Assembly: GCF_902652985.1 (NCBI RefSeq)
Contig: NC_047033.1
Span: 24,738,001 to 24,802,000, forward strand
DNA: 64,000 nucleotides
Direction: 5' to 3'
DNA from: Pecten maximus
Taxonomy: Eukaryota
Shown here: positions 12,080 through 25,960 of the stretch, piece by piece
Position numbering within the stretch: the stretch's first letter is position 1
How the letters are laid out: each line of letters begins with the position of its first letter
Notes under the pieces: generated by a model
Database searches by the model: none
What the model was told of the DNA's origin: nothing
Seen by the model: the letters and a program-made list of their open reading frames with translations, nothing else
Translations under genes and position numbers: made by a program

Positions 12080-12256
12080 NNNNNNNNNNNNNNNNNNNNN
12101 NNNNNNNNNNNNNNNNNNNNNNNNNNNNNNNNNNNNNNNNNNNNNNNNNNNNNNNNNNNNNNNNNNNNNNNNNNNNNNNNNNNNNNNNNNNNNNNNNNNN
12201 NNNNNNNNNNNNNNNNNNNNNNNNNNNNNNNNNNNNNNNNNNNNNNNNNNNNNNNN
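12080..12256. other. Assembly gap (N run)
   Basis: Run of N. Confidence 1.
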
Positions 12257-12531
12257 CAGCAAATAAAAACAAAAACAAAACAAAAACAAACAAACAGAAA
12301 GAAACAAGGTACAACAAATTCATGGACGATTTTTTTTGTCTTTATCTATTAATACGCGTAATATGATTTTGGTTATGAATTTCCTTCTACGTTCGAACGT
12401 TTTGTTTGATACAATATATTACGATAAATAACCTTGAAGTTCTAATATCAATGGGAAATACAAACCAAGATGGTCAGATTCCTAGCCAGAGTTTGTTAGG
12501 TACTAAAGATGCAAAATATCCAAGTTATGAT

Positions 12532-13163
12532 TTATTTAACATTCTACCATGTTGGCTATGCAACGCCAGTTTTGATTGGTTTAAAACCATGTATTATTTT
12601 CCGATAACCCACGCTCGTGCCAATAATACACGGTCGCGAGTCACGGCTGTTATTTTATATATCTAATATTCACCTTATAAAAGGTTACTATAGCCGAGTG
12701 AGCTAATGGGTTAGTCTTTCAATAAATTTTTATCACGACGCGAGTTCGAATCCTACGGAGGCCCCCCTTTTTTTCTTTTTCTTTTTTTTTATCCATTTTT
12801 TTTTTAATTTTCAAAATCAATGCCATATGATAGATGCTCTTGATCGTAGTACTGTATTGCCTGTATATTTCATCAACAAATAATGCAATACTCAAGAAAT
12901 AAATTACAAGGTTTTCTCGGGTTTCCTTGCTGTTTTTCTATTAGAAAGAGGTCGATCTCAGAACTAAACAGTACATGGTAGAATAGAAATAATCAACTTT
13001 GACTCGTGTATTGTTGCAGGATATACAACTCGGACTCGGATATTTTGCAATTCTAATTAATAACTCAGGCCTGCGGCCTTCGTTATTAATTTAATTGCAA
13101 AATATCCTCGTCCTCGTTGTATATCCTGCAACAATACACGAATCATCGTTAATTATTTCTTAA
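12532..13163 (-). mobile_element. Hairpin-ended non-autonomous DNA element (Crypton-like) with an internal tRNA-derived segment
   Basis: One end carries GATTGG. The other carries an imperfect palindrome of about 175 bp (12985-13160) centred on AGGCC-TGC-GGCCT. There are no TIRs. The Crypton assignment is inference. Confidence 0.7.
12683..12763 (+). pseudogene. tRNA-derived (Leu/Ser-like) pseudogene or Pol III promoter remnant
   Basis: A box TAGCCGAGTGAG, B box GAGTTCGAATCC, degenerate acceptor stem GGTTACT/GGAGGCC, and an oligo-T run from 12768. The anticodon arm is not intact. Confidence 0.65.
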
Positions 13164-16100
13164 ACATACATAAAGCTTTACGGTGAAGGCTATCTCCTCT
13201 CTCCACAGGTCCCCGGGACAAACTAGCTCGACAGGGACACTATGTTAGGTAATTGTGACAGCAGTGGTTGGCAGGGGACAGATGTGCGGTCTTCCTCTGT
13301 AAACAGTCCCTAGCCACCACCCTTATACATTAGCCGGGGACATTAGCTATAGCTAATACCCAGACCGACCGCGAACACGCATGATGGCAGCCCGAGGGCA
13401 TTTGGTGTAATCTTGTTGCAAAACGTTGTCTCGTGTTTTTTTTTATTTACTTATTTTTTTTTTTTTTTTTTTTTATTTTTTTTTTTTTGATAGTCTATGA
13501 TTTAAATCCAAAATTGTTATTTGGGGCGTAAAATGTGACGCTACGTTTCTATAGTCATAGAGGAGAGAGAGCTAGTCCTGACGTTGACATATAGAGCTAC
13601 GTAGAATTTTCATATATTTCCTGGAAAACATTCCTGATAGCGATGTCTAGAAATGTCGATTTACTTTTAAATCGATTTCAGCGGTATATACAGTTAAACA
13701 TAGAGCGATTCATATACAACTGTATCTAACAGCTTTAGGATTCGGCAGTGATTCTTGGGGTGGAAATATGGGGACGCAGAAGGAAAGTTAGACAAGAAAT
13801 ATCTTAAGAAAATATAAACGGCATAGTTTTAATGCTGGTGGTTATAATGTAAAACTGCTGGTGAAATAAATAAACGAACTAATGCGTTTCAGCACGGATA
13901 ACAGAATTATATCAGTTTGAATCATTTTTGGTGATGATAAGACTGCATTTGAATCAGGAATATAGTTACATTAATGTTTCATTTGAAAAGATACATACAC
14001 TTATATTCAGCTTGCATTCATTCTTAACTTTGTTTCGTTTTTAACTGCATATCTGCATTTTGCATTTACCGCTACATTGACCAATCACATACTTAATCAT
14101 GACCAGTAACGCCACCTGTCGCGTCATATCCGGAGCCAAAAGAATATTATACGGCTATGCCGAAAAATGAGAATTGATGGAAACAAACAATAAGAATAGC
14201 AGGGAATATACATTATATATATAATCACCTACGTATATTGTATCTCATATATTATTTTCAACATCAGAGTAGAGAAGCTAGAACGATTATTTGTCCCGTT
14301 CTTTACTCGCTAATCATTGTAGATGTATTTTCAGAAAGTCCGTTTGAGTGACACGATGCTCTACATACATTAGGTACAAGAATGACCCTTGTGGTTGGTC
14401 ATGGTCAGTCGCATGTTTGTCGTGGTCAGTTGATGGAAAGGTCATCACCTTTCATTGACCACTAATCACGGAGACATACAGTACTTGTCGGTTTAACACC
14501 TATGTCCGTTAGTTATGTCTGGACACTTGAGCGGTCAAGTCTTCGCTCGAAAGTCTGACCAATAACAATTTCACTCACACTTTTGCCCTTGTTTCGCAAT
14601 TGATGAAGATTACTTTTATCCCCCATGATTTAAAAAAAATCAAAGTTTTCAATTGGATTTAAAGGGAACATTTTGTAGAATATGTTTTTACTCTATAGTT
14701 AAATTCATTGTGGGATGCGATACAACATGTCTAATGATTGTGCAATGCCTGATCGTTCTGTTGCATTACCTCGATCCTCATTTTGAGAACGTGGCATTTT
14801 TGTCCTTTTGAATGCTCTCTGTGTGCGTCCATATTTTTTTGAAGTTCAAATTATAGTTTTTGAGAGACAGTTATAATTTAGTTTGCATGTCAGTTTCTCT
14901 CCCTTGTATTTATTTCACTTTGGAATTCTAAACAATTAGTGTAATAAATCGTTATATAAGTTTGAGATTGTATAAAACATGTTTCACTGTATTTATCACA
15001 TAATCGACCAGCTATTCAATGCATTCACCCGCATAATATGTTTGCATGTCACTGGTACAGTATACCATGGAGCGTTTTTTCATTGGCTTACCCATTATTA
15101 CATTGTACGTCATGAATTGTGAATGGCAAAAAGAAAAAAAAATGGCCGTCCCTGCTTGATTAAGTCCTCCACATTATTGCTTTGAAAACTGTCAAAATGT
15201 AAGTTATATGATAAAATATATTTTAACTTTGTTTTCATTTCATATGAAATTTTAAGAAACTTTTTTTGAAATTCAAAGCTTTTTCTCGCAAAAAAAAAAA
15301 AAAAATAATAATAATAATACATTTTTTTTTAAGACTCTCATGAAATTTTGATGTGAAATGAAAAGTCATTTAAGAGTCTATATAAAATTTTGTGTGAACC
15401 AATCTAAGGAATGTCTCCCTGTGTATGCTCTGAGAGAAAGACATTGTTTTAGTACAATTTATGTGGGTCACTGACTTGGGACGCGCCTGGCTCATCTCTT
15501 TTTCTCCCCCTGCTAACAACATGCCAGTTATGGGCATTTTTATGTGATATTTCTTGACAGTTTCACAATTTCGTACATTTTTATAACCAATTAAACACAC
15601 TCTGTTGCTAACTGAGGTGTATGACCCGCTAATGCACACCTTGGTCATCTGGCCATATCAGAATAAATACCACACATCTTAAAGATTTGAAAGCTCGACT
15701 TTCTGCAATAAAGATAGTTTTTTTCCGTTTAATGACCAATAAGGAGATTTTACGTCACGTTTAGCCTTTTCCTAAGTACATTCTGATGAAGTAGATGGTA
15801 AGTTAGTGGTAAACTTGGAGTGAGGGCTAGCCAACACCTCGCCGTGCTTGGTCCCCCGTTTGAGTGACAGATCGAGGGATTTAGATGACATTCTACAACT
15901 ATAAATGTTTGGTTGAGGTGAGTAATGTGTGCAAAGTGTGTCTCTTTACAGTTAATTGACACCATTGACGATGTGGGTGAGAACATCGGCCAAAATTTGA
16001 CTTCGACACCAACTTAGAATTACATCGCTAGAGTACACACAGATAAACAACCTCTCAAATAGCCCTTCTCTCGAAATGTCAGTTTGTATTATTCTTTACG

Positions 16101-16399
16101 CCATTTTGTGACTGTGATTGTTCTAAGGTATCAAAAAACAACCAAAACACATTCCGCGAAAAACAATATAAGACCTTATCACAAACATACAACCCGCGAA
16201 AATAAAGACACCATCAGGACCGTATACAACACGTTATAATACACTGGTTCAGATGACAGATATATTTCAAATTCAAGAATGCGAAGGATTTTTGTTTCTC
16301 AACGTAAAGATGATTAATGTAGCTGAAGAACAGTTTAAAGACAGACCGGTCCCTTTGTCAAATAAAGAGTTTTCTTAACAAAGGGAGCAGTGGTAGAGC

Positions 16400-17267
16400 T
16401 GAGTGTAAAGACGTTTAATACCGCTAAAGAAATACGTAAATATGTTTTATACAGATAAGAGAAGTGTAAAGATGTTTTTTTATCCCTGAATAGGGGTGTA
16501 AAGATGTTCCACGCAGCAGAATGGACATGTTAAGATGTTTTATACAGCTGAAGGGGTGTAAAGATATTTTATACAGCTGAAGAGAAGTGTAATGATGTTT
16601 TATACCGCGGAAGGGAAGTGTAAAGATGTTTTATACAGCTGAAGAGAAGTGTAAAGATATTTTATACAGCTGAAGGGAAGTGTAAAGATGTTTTATACGG
16701 CTAAAGAGAAGTGTAGAGATGTTTTATACAGCTGAAGAGAAGTGTAAAGATGTTTTATACAGCTGAAGGGAAGTGTAAAGATGTTTAATACAGCTGAAGA
16801 GAAGTGTAAAGATGTTTTATACAGCTGAAGAGAAGTGTAATGATGTTTAATACAGCTGAAGAGAAGTGTAAAGATGTTTTATACAGCTGAAGAGAAGTGT
16901 AAAGATGTTTTTATACAGCTGAAGAGAAGTGTAAAGATATTCTATACAGCTGAAGTGAAGTGTAAAGATGTTTGATACGGCGTAAGAGAAGTGTAAAGAT
17001 ATTTTATACAGCTGAAGGGAAGTGTTAAGATGTTTTATACAGCTGAAGAGAAGTGTAAAGATGTTTTATACAGCTGAAGAGAAGTGTAAAGATGTTTTAT
17101 ACAGCTGAAGTGAAGTGTAAAGATGTTTTAATACGGCGTAAGAGAAGTATACAGCTGAAGAGAAGTGTAAAGATATTTTATACAGCTGAAGAGAAGTGTA
17201 AAGATGTTTTTATACGGCGTAAGAGAAGTGTAGATATGTTTTATACAGCTGAAGGGAAGTGTAATGA
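16400..17267. repeat. 31-bp minisatellite
   Basis: Unit TACAGCTGAAGAGAAGTGTAAAGATGTTTTA, degenerate at the left edge. Confidence 0.97.
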
Positions 17268-18089
17268 TGGAAATGACGGAAGTGGAACATATTTTCCGTA
17301 CCACTGACTCCCAGATAAATGAGATCCGATTAGTAGACATGATAATTACGCACTGAGATAAATTGATGTTTTTACAAAATATTTTGAACACCAGTAAAAT
17401 TGACGTCCGCCCAAACCCTTACACCATTACAGGGTTGTGGTCACTGATGATGTGTTACATCAAGGTAGATAACTCCAAAACAAAATGACAAAAAAAAAAA
17501 AAAAAATCCAAACTAGGCTTAACGTCATAGAGTGCAGAGAGAAAATTGGTAGCCTGCTGGAACCCTTCAGGGTGGTTTCAACATTTACTACACACTCACA
17601 GTGTCATAGAAACTAAGTATGAAATTAATTACGGTTATGTGATTACGATATGGCCATAATTCATCCGTGTGTGTGACGTAAGGTCAAGGGATTAATGCTA
17701 CTTTTAGGTGTTGACTGTCGCTATCGTGTAAGTTTTAACACTCCTTATATACGCGTCTTTTTGCATAATTTTAACAGAACTTGTGGATGTCGGAAAGCTT
17801 AATTGATAAACACAGGTTTTTTTTGCCTGTTAAGTCTTGAGAAACCGTAACAGTACACCAAACCTTATAATCCTTTCTTACCTAGATGTTGTAGTGCCTT
17901 TCCTTGGCTCTACATGCCATTATTCTATCTTAAATGATGACACCAACATGACGGCCGACTTACATTATTACGTAATACACTATTGGACGAATCTATGACA
18001 TATCTGTTAGAAAATATATATCTGAAATATGACATAGGGCAACAACTGTGACATGTTAGCTTCTAATGCTTTGAAGTTAATAATTATAA

Positions 18090-18229
18090 NNNNNNNNNNN
18101 NNNNNNNNNNNNNNNNNNNNNNNNNNNNNNNNNNNNNNNNNNNNNNNNNNNNNNNNNNNNNNNNNNNNNNNNNNNNNNNNNNNNNNNNNNNNNNNNNNNN
18201 NNNNNNNNNNNNNNNNNNNNNNNNNNNNN
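18090..18229. other. Assembly gap (N run)
   Basis: Run of N. Confidence 1.
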
Positions 18230-20629
18230 TAAAGGAAAAACTATACCAGAACTTATCATCATAGATGGCTGTGAGAGTTCAGTCAATAATTGAAATAAAA
18301 GAAATTTATTCATTTTTATCAGGACTCAATCTTGAATTTGATATTCTATAAGACAAGAGAACACGAAAACAAACATAATACAACTTGAAAGACAATACGA
18401 GCCCTACTTATATAAACAAGATCTACTTCTATTGATAAACATGACTTCTGACGGTTACATCTGCTAAACTATGAAATGACGTCATTTTCTTATGCGCAGT
18501 AACTAGCATATATGTCATGCGTCTCGTGTAAAGATAGCCCGATAAAACTCTGTATTCTATTACTGCAATCTCCTTAGTAGCTAGAGATAAATGTTATACA
18601 TTATGTAACACACGGAGTATATGATAGATTGTTAGATTTATACATACGCTTTTGTGTTCCCCGATTACATAGCTGAGAATACTGAAAAATATCCTTGTAC
18701 GATATGCGTTCTCCGTTTGTTCATGCATGTCTGTTAAAAAAAGCGTATATACTAATTTAAAAAAAAAAGTTTATCGTCGCTGGTTAAATTGTTTGCCAAT
18801 GGTTTCGGATTGCGTTTGGATGGAGCATTTTTGGAGTGATTAAAACTGTGGTAAATAATTTGTAATGGACTATATCACAACCATTATAGGGTTTCGGTAA
18901 TCATGCTCTCTTACCTTTTCATGTAAATTTAGGTGTGAGGAGAACTGACTGTAATAAAATCAACACGTACTATGATTTTGTGGGCCCCCTCGTCCCGATT
19001 TAGAACAAAACTTTTATGGGGCATCCATGTGTTCTCCTTAACTGACGGTTTCAAAAACTAATACGGCATGATTTGTCCGACATGATCTATGATTACTGAT
19101 TTATTTATCCAGGCATTGGATGCTTTTCTATTCGATTTCGTCGGAATTCCGACCGATTTTGGGTTTCCTCGTTTTCTGGTGTTCCCGAAGATGATTTTCA
19201 AATGTCCTCCTGTTTTTACGACAATGGATGCGTCGCATTATTTAGGTATTTTATCATCGGGATGTACCATGATATTTTGGAGAGCTAGATGGTGTTGTCA
19301 CGACCATGATACATGTATTAATATCATTAAGGGGTTTTTGGATAAGCCCTGATATTTTGAATAACCGCTTGCCCTTGTATATATATATATATATCTTTCT
19401 TGTTTTCTGCTTTCAACTACTTTGCCAATGTGCATTTTGTTAAAGTGAGACACCACGTCATGTGGAATGAATTCTTCATCATTTTTTGGTCAGGATCGTC
19501 CGCATATTTTCCGCCAGATCTTTCGAGTTGTTCACGTGGCGTTCCAAATCCTCATGTCATGAAAACATGTCAAATGACGTCTTGTGGCACTGTGATTCGT
19601 ACGCGAATATTGCAACGTCATCAACAGAGGAGACAGACAGTGAAAATATTAAAAATATCATTTCAGACGTCATAACCCTCTAATTAACATCTCAATTATT
19701 ATTATTCTCTTTATTTACTCGTTTCAAATTCCCATATTAAGGAAAGTCATGTCAGATCAGCCCTTATCTGTTTAATCATGTGTTGTATATTTCAAATTGT
19801 ATACTTCCGCCAATCATTGCTACATGAAGGACTAATAGCATTCAATTTGAAGGTGGAAGGATGGTGAGTTTTGACTGTAATATATCAATTTACCAATCTC
19901 GCTTTTTAAAATCTATATCAATACATTGCATGCTTGTATAAGAAAGCAACATTAATTTTGAGCCTAACATGGCCCCTTAAGATGTATTTTTGAGATGATC
20001 ACGTGTCATTGAGGCGTGCGCGTGATGACCTCCAGTGTGGTGCCCGAGCGTGTGTTGATAGGCGTTCTGTGTGAGGTCCGCGATCGTCGGATGAGGTGTG
20101 GCCATTCAAGTTATGCTTTTGCATAGCCTGCACAATATTAAAAACTAATTATTTTCGAATTCATTTTCAAATTATGAAACCGTTATTCCGTAGATTTAAA
20201 AGAAGCAGTAACCCCCCCCCCAAAAAAAAATAACAAAAAAACAAAAAAACACAGGCTTTTTGAGAATTACATTGATGGTCAAATGGATTAAATCTTACCA
20301 GCATTACTTCGTAGTTTGCTTGACTGTTATGCAGTATTATATATTCTCAACCATTTATCATAATTTTTATTTTATTAAACATTGTCGGAGTTTTATTTGT
20401 AGCGTATAGAAAGGAAACTAAATCACACAGCTCATCAAATCCGGTATTAACCGACACCGAGTTTATAGGTGTTTTATTGCTATGTTCATCATTTGTTAGG
20501 GTAACCAGAATATAACATGATCTATTGAATTTTGTGGTCAATATCTTTGACGGGTGTCACATGTTGTGACGTATATTGCGACATGACTTGATTGTGGTGA
20601 CGAGATACATCCTGAGAGGTATTTTGTAA

Positions 20630-21500
20630 TAATTGTGTTTTGCGCTGTGGTATTCTTTATAATTTTAGTGGTTTAGTGGTTGATGATTGACGCTTTGGTA
20701 TACTTTGTGATATTAATGATTAAGTGGTTGATGATTGACGCTTTGGTATACTTTGTGATATTAATGATTAAGTGGTTGATGATTGACGCTTTGGTATTCT
20801 TTGTAATATTTTTAATTTAGTGATTGGCTCTGTGGTATTCTTTGTAATATTATTAATTTAGTGATTGGTGATTGGCGCTGTGGTATTCTTTGTAATATTA
20901 GTGGTTTAGTGATTGGCGCTGTGGTATTCTTTGTAATATTAGCGGTTTAGTGGTTTAGTGATTGGTGATTGGCGCTGTGGCATACTTTGTGATATTAATG
21001 ATTAAGTGATTGGTGATTGGCGCTGTGGTATTCTTTGTAATATTGTAGTGATTGACGCTGTGGTACATTTTGTAATATTAGTAATTTAGTGATTGGTGAT
21101 TGAAGCTGTGGTATTATTTGTAATATAAGTAGTTTAGTGATTGGTGATTTGCGCTGTGGTCATCTTTGTGATTTTAGTGGTTTAGTGATTGGTGATTGAA
21201 GCTGTGGTCATCTTTGTAATATTGTAGTGATTGGCTCTGTGGTATTCTTTGTAATATTATTAATTTAGTGATTGGTGATTGGCGCTGTGGTATACTTTGT
21301 AATATTAGTGGTTTAGTGGTTAGTGATTGGTGATTGGCGCTGTGGTATTCTTTGTAATATTGTAGTGATTGACGCTGTGGTATATTTTGTAATATTAGTA
21401 ATTTAGTGATTGGTGATTGAAGCTGTGGTATATTTTGTAATATAAGTGATTAAGTGATTGGAGATTGACGTTGTTGTATATTTTGTAATTTCAGTGATTG
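20630..21500. repeat. Variable 36-55-bp minisatellite
   Basis: Unit approximately GTGATTGGTGATTGGCGCTGTGGTATTCTTTGTAATATTAGTGGTTTA. Confidence 0.92.
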
Positions 21501-23219
21501 ATGATGTAATACGTATTGTAATGCGTTCCGTTTGATATCACCCTGATATATCTACGTACAAATGGCATCTATATTAGTCAATTGTTTTTTTAGTATATCT
21601 CGTATACTTGGCACATAATACGAGTTCTAGTGTTTACGTTTCATGATATCTATAAATAGAGTTGTGGAAAATCACATGCGTACAAAATACGCATACACGT
21701 TTAACAATCAAGTGAAACAATGGTCCATTATTGTTGAGGGAGATATCTGGGTCACCAGCACGGTGTGTGGAGATTCAGTTCAACACAGTCTTGCAGGGTC
21801 GCATTACATAGTCAACAATATATTTATTATCAATTTTCAAATAATTTTTTTTTTTTTTTTTTACATTTGAGACGGGCGACTGAAATTCAGAGATGAGCAA
21901 CTGAAATTCAATTAATACTCCTTGATGTTCATAAAACTGATATCGCTTTTTAATTTGCTACAGATAGTACCAGGTCAGGTCTCTACAATAAATGGCGAGT
22001 AGGGTAGAATTTTCGCGACATTCTCAATGAGACTGATTTTCACACCCGTATCCTATAGCCCTGCCACTGTGCCTGATTAATGGACGGGCGATGCATTGTT
22101 GAGTTCTGTATGTAAACCACAAATGCATGTATACAAAGATGGGGGCGTGCGCTAAGTCACTGGACACTGATGAATTGCGACCTCGTTGCTTCGGTTGATG
22201 ATAAAACCCGCCGGTCACCTCTTGTCAGACATGTCGTACAGAATTTAAATATTGCCATTTAGTCATTTCAACACATAGCTGACAAGTTTTGTGGTATTGA
22301 AGGATAAATTTTATTTCGTTATCAGATATCCCCGGGGTGAAACGGATGCTTGATTTAACACCCACGGGGCCCATCGGCTAGAACAATTTACCTTGTTCTT
22401 CTAGTTCAATGTGTATACTACTGCACCTGTATAATCTAATTCTACCGTCTGCAGCAAGCAGTGCTTGTCACAGAGTTTGTTTAGAATTTACTCACACGGA
22501 CGGAAAACAATCTTTAAACTTTGTGCAGTTGGATTAGTGTGCCGTCTCAAAATTTGTACCTGTTGAATGAAGTCACTCCTCAGATGCCGACGACCAGAGC
22601 CTATTGTTTTAGGAATAAATCACTTTCCGGAAATTGACAGAGTTGGTTGGTAAGTTTTTAGTATTTACGTTGTATGCATTTACTTGTACAAAACTCCGTG
22701 ATACTGTAGATAGTAGATGATAATGCTGACACATATATCACACGTGTGTACATGTATCCATGGCACATGTGTGTGTATACATGTTACATTGTGGCTTTTG
22801 TGGCTGTCTTCTAATTAATTTTATAGAACTGATTCTGGTTTGTAGGGTGTCTGATTGGTTCACATACGTCACGCGATCTCCTGGCAGTTCAGACCTACAC
22901 TTTTCAACAGAAATGAAATTCACATTGCGAGTCATGATTGTTTTTATATTCATAAGCTTGTCGTTGGTGTAGCAGAATGCATATTGCTTTAATGATAATT
23001 ATTAGGAACATGTGGATCTTATTTTTTAAGCGAAACATCCGATTTATTTTATGAAATAAAAGTCCATTTCCTCGTCCTAGCTGTCATGAAATGTATATTA
23101 TACAATTGATCAGTGTAAATATTGGTATAGGCTACTGTCTCTCTTTAAATCAGAACAAACTATTACCTACACATGTCTACTGTCTTTAATTCTTGATCAT
23201 CAATGATGTCATTTCCTCG

Positions 23220-23800
23220 TACTGTTTTGATTGGCCGTATAAATCCACTGTTTTATTTGACCCGGTATATAAACCCACTGTTTTGATTCGCCGTATAAAT
23301 CCTTTGTTTTGATTGGCCGTATAAATCCACTGTTTTGACTGGCCGTATAAATCCTTTGTTTTGATTGGCCGTATAAATCCACTGTTTTGACTGGCCGTAT
23401 AAATCCACTGTTTTATTTGACTGGCCGTATAAATCCACTGATTTAATTGGCCGTATAAATTCACTGATCTGATTGGCCGTATAAATCCACTGATTTATTT
23501 GACCCGATGTATAAATCCAATGACTTAATTTACCGTATTGATCCACTGATTTGATTGGCTGTATAAACCCACTGTTTTGATTGGCCGTATAAATCCACTG
23601 ATTTGATTGGCCGTATAAATCCACTGATTTTATTGGCCATATCAATCCACTGTTTTATTTGACCCGGTATATAAATCCACTATTTTGATTTGCCGTATAA
23701 ATCCACTGTTTAGCTTGGCAATATAAATTCACTGCTTTGATTGGATGTATAAATCCATTGTTTTTATTGGCCGTATAAATTCATTTTATTCGATTGGCTG
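23220..23800. repeat. 26-bp minisatellite
   Basis: Unit CTGTTTTGATTGGCCGTATAAATCCA. Confidence 0.95.
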
Positions 23801-24559
23801 TATATGTATAAAAAAAAAACAACAACGTCAATATGACGAGCCAAGCGGTAGAACATTGATAAATACCAACGAAAGAGGACAGGACGGAAGAAAAAAGGAT
23901 GAATGTGACATGCTATATCTGTAGGTCTACTTGGTAGTGTGCTAGGCTTCTCTACTGATTAACCATGTCTTGATACACTGCATCACAGAATGCGTTTGAC
24001 TTGCAGTAAGGGAAACTTGCATTAGTGGTTGTAGCTTTCACGAGGATCTGATCTAAACCGATCCTGTCTGCTTTTGTAACAAAGGTTAGAAATATTATCA
24101 GACCAAGGAAACTCGAGTGTTAGATATGTGCTTGGCATTAAAATTTACATAAAAACGTCAGATAGACGCGTCTATAGAAATAATATATCCTGTTGTAGTG
24201 TTCCTGTATGTCCACTGATGGTGTACCTGTCGCCAGAGTGTATCATGTCCGGTATGAAAACTTGTCCACAGCCAAGTCAACATTTGGAACAAATCAATTA
24301 CATCAGAATTCTTCATTAAACCTGATATGCAAACGTCATTACTCTTTGATATGACGAAATGTTAGTGAAAAATCCCTACTATAATTATTTATGAAAATAT
24401 AGATCATTACATGGTATGTCCAATACAGACATGGTCAGATAAAGCAAGTCGATGGTAGATTAGGATCAGTACATGGAAGCTAAGGACCAGCAGACAGGTG
24501 ATTTTCGTTGTCACAATGAATAAAATAACACATAACAGGATATACGATGGAGACATGGT

Positions 24560-25050
24560 AACATTAGATTATTTATACTGTCACAACAAAGTACAACATC
24601 ACGTGATTTACACTGTCATAACAAAGTACAACATCACGTGATTTACACTGTCATAACAAAGTACAACATCACGTGGTTTACACTGTCACAACAAAATACA
24701 ACATTAGATTATTTATACTGTCACGACAATGTACAACATCAAGTGATTTACACTTTCACAACAAAGTACAACATCATATGATTTACACTGTCACAACAAA
24801 GTACAAAACCATGTGATTTACACTTTCATAACAAAGTACAACATCATGTGATTTATACTGTCAAAACAAAATACACGTGATTTACACTGTCACAACAAAG
24901 TACAACATCACGTGATTTACACTGTCACAACAAAGTACAACATCAGATTATTTACACTGTCACAACAAAGTACAACATCAGATTATTTACACTGTCACAA
25001 CAAAGTACAACATCACGTGATTTACACTGTCACAACAAAGTACAACATCA
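24560..25050. repeat. 35-bp minisatellite
   Basis: Unit AACATCACGTGATTTACACTGTCACAACAAAGTAC. Confidence 0.95.
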
Positions 25051-25819
25051 AGTGTTTTAAAAAGGTAACGTTTTCCTATAAGACAAGTGTTACTGTATGA
25101 CACTAAAGCCCGATCCTCTTACGTAGATACCAATCACTGTTAAAATAATTAAACAGACACAGCCAAAATGTAAAATATCAAAAATGGTTGTAACCATTTC
25201 GATCAAAATCTTTTTGTTCATAAACATCCCAGTTTACAAAACTTAACGTGTTTGAAAATATATAATTTCAGAGACATGTACATGTAAACTCCGCTGTAAA
25301 TAAAACTATCATTTGGCTCCACAGTTCAGACGAAAGGCTATCGATGACGATGTTAGAGTTCAGCCGTACATAGCCAATTGGGCGTGTCGTCTCGGTCACA
25401 TTACGCGCGAACGCCTAGGGCTTCTTCACTTGTCGAGACATTCCGTTGCTAAGGAGTGCACGCGCATGCGTATTACCGATTACAGAAAATTTAAAGAGAC
25501 GTGGCCAATGAACATGTTACATGTATTTGTAGAACTCATCAACCATAGATTTATCAATGAATCAACGTCTTATTGTGTAAGATTTTAACTGGAAAATTCA
25601 AAATGTCTCAGTATTTGAAATTTAATAATTGATTTAGATAATAATTTTTAAGCAAGATCAAAGATAATATTTGTATAAGACATTCCTCAATTTTGATATT
25701 CATCTTTTCATTAAAACTAAACCGTAATTCCAACGCAAAATGGACAAAAAGAGGGAAGAAAACGAACAAAAATATATAGCTTTGGTATAGAGACTCATGA
25801 AATACTAGAAGAAGAATAA

Positions 25820-25960
25820 AAACATACGCTCCAAAAGAGTAAGCGTCTTCTTTTCCTCGAAAACACACGCATACAAATTTAGGTCAAATCTGAGTACGGT
25901 CAAATTCTTAGGATGAGAACTGGGATGATGACAATGGAACCGCTACACATGTCAACAACC
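25820..25960 (-). mobile_element. Penelope-like 3' UTR fragment
   Basis: GTAAGCGTCTTC...CGCATACAAATTTAGGTCAAATC...CATGTCAACAA is colinear with 3050-3095 plus 4100-4190. Confidence 0.65.

Noticed and set aside
13185-13580. Possible TIR pair (CTATCTCCTCTCTCC / GAGGAGAGAGAGCTAG)
   Set aside because: It is a low-complexity match, and boundaries and TSD cannot be defined.
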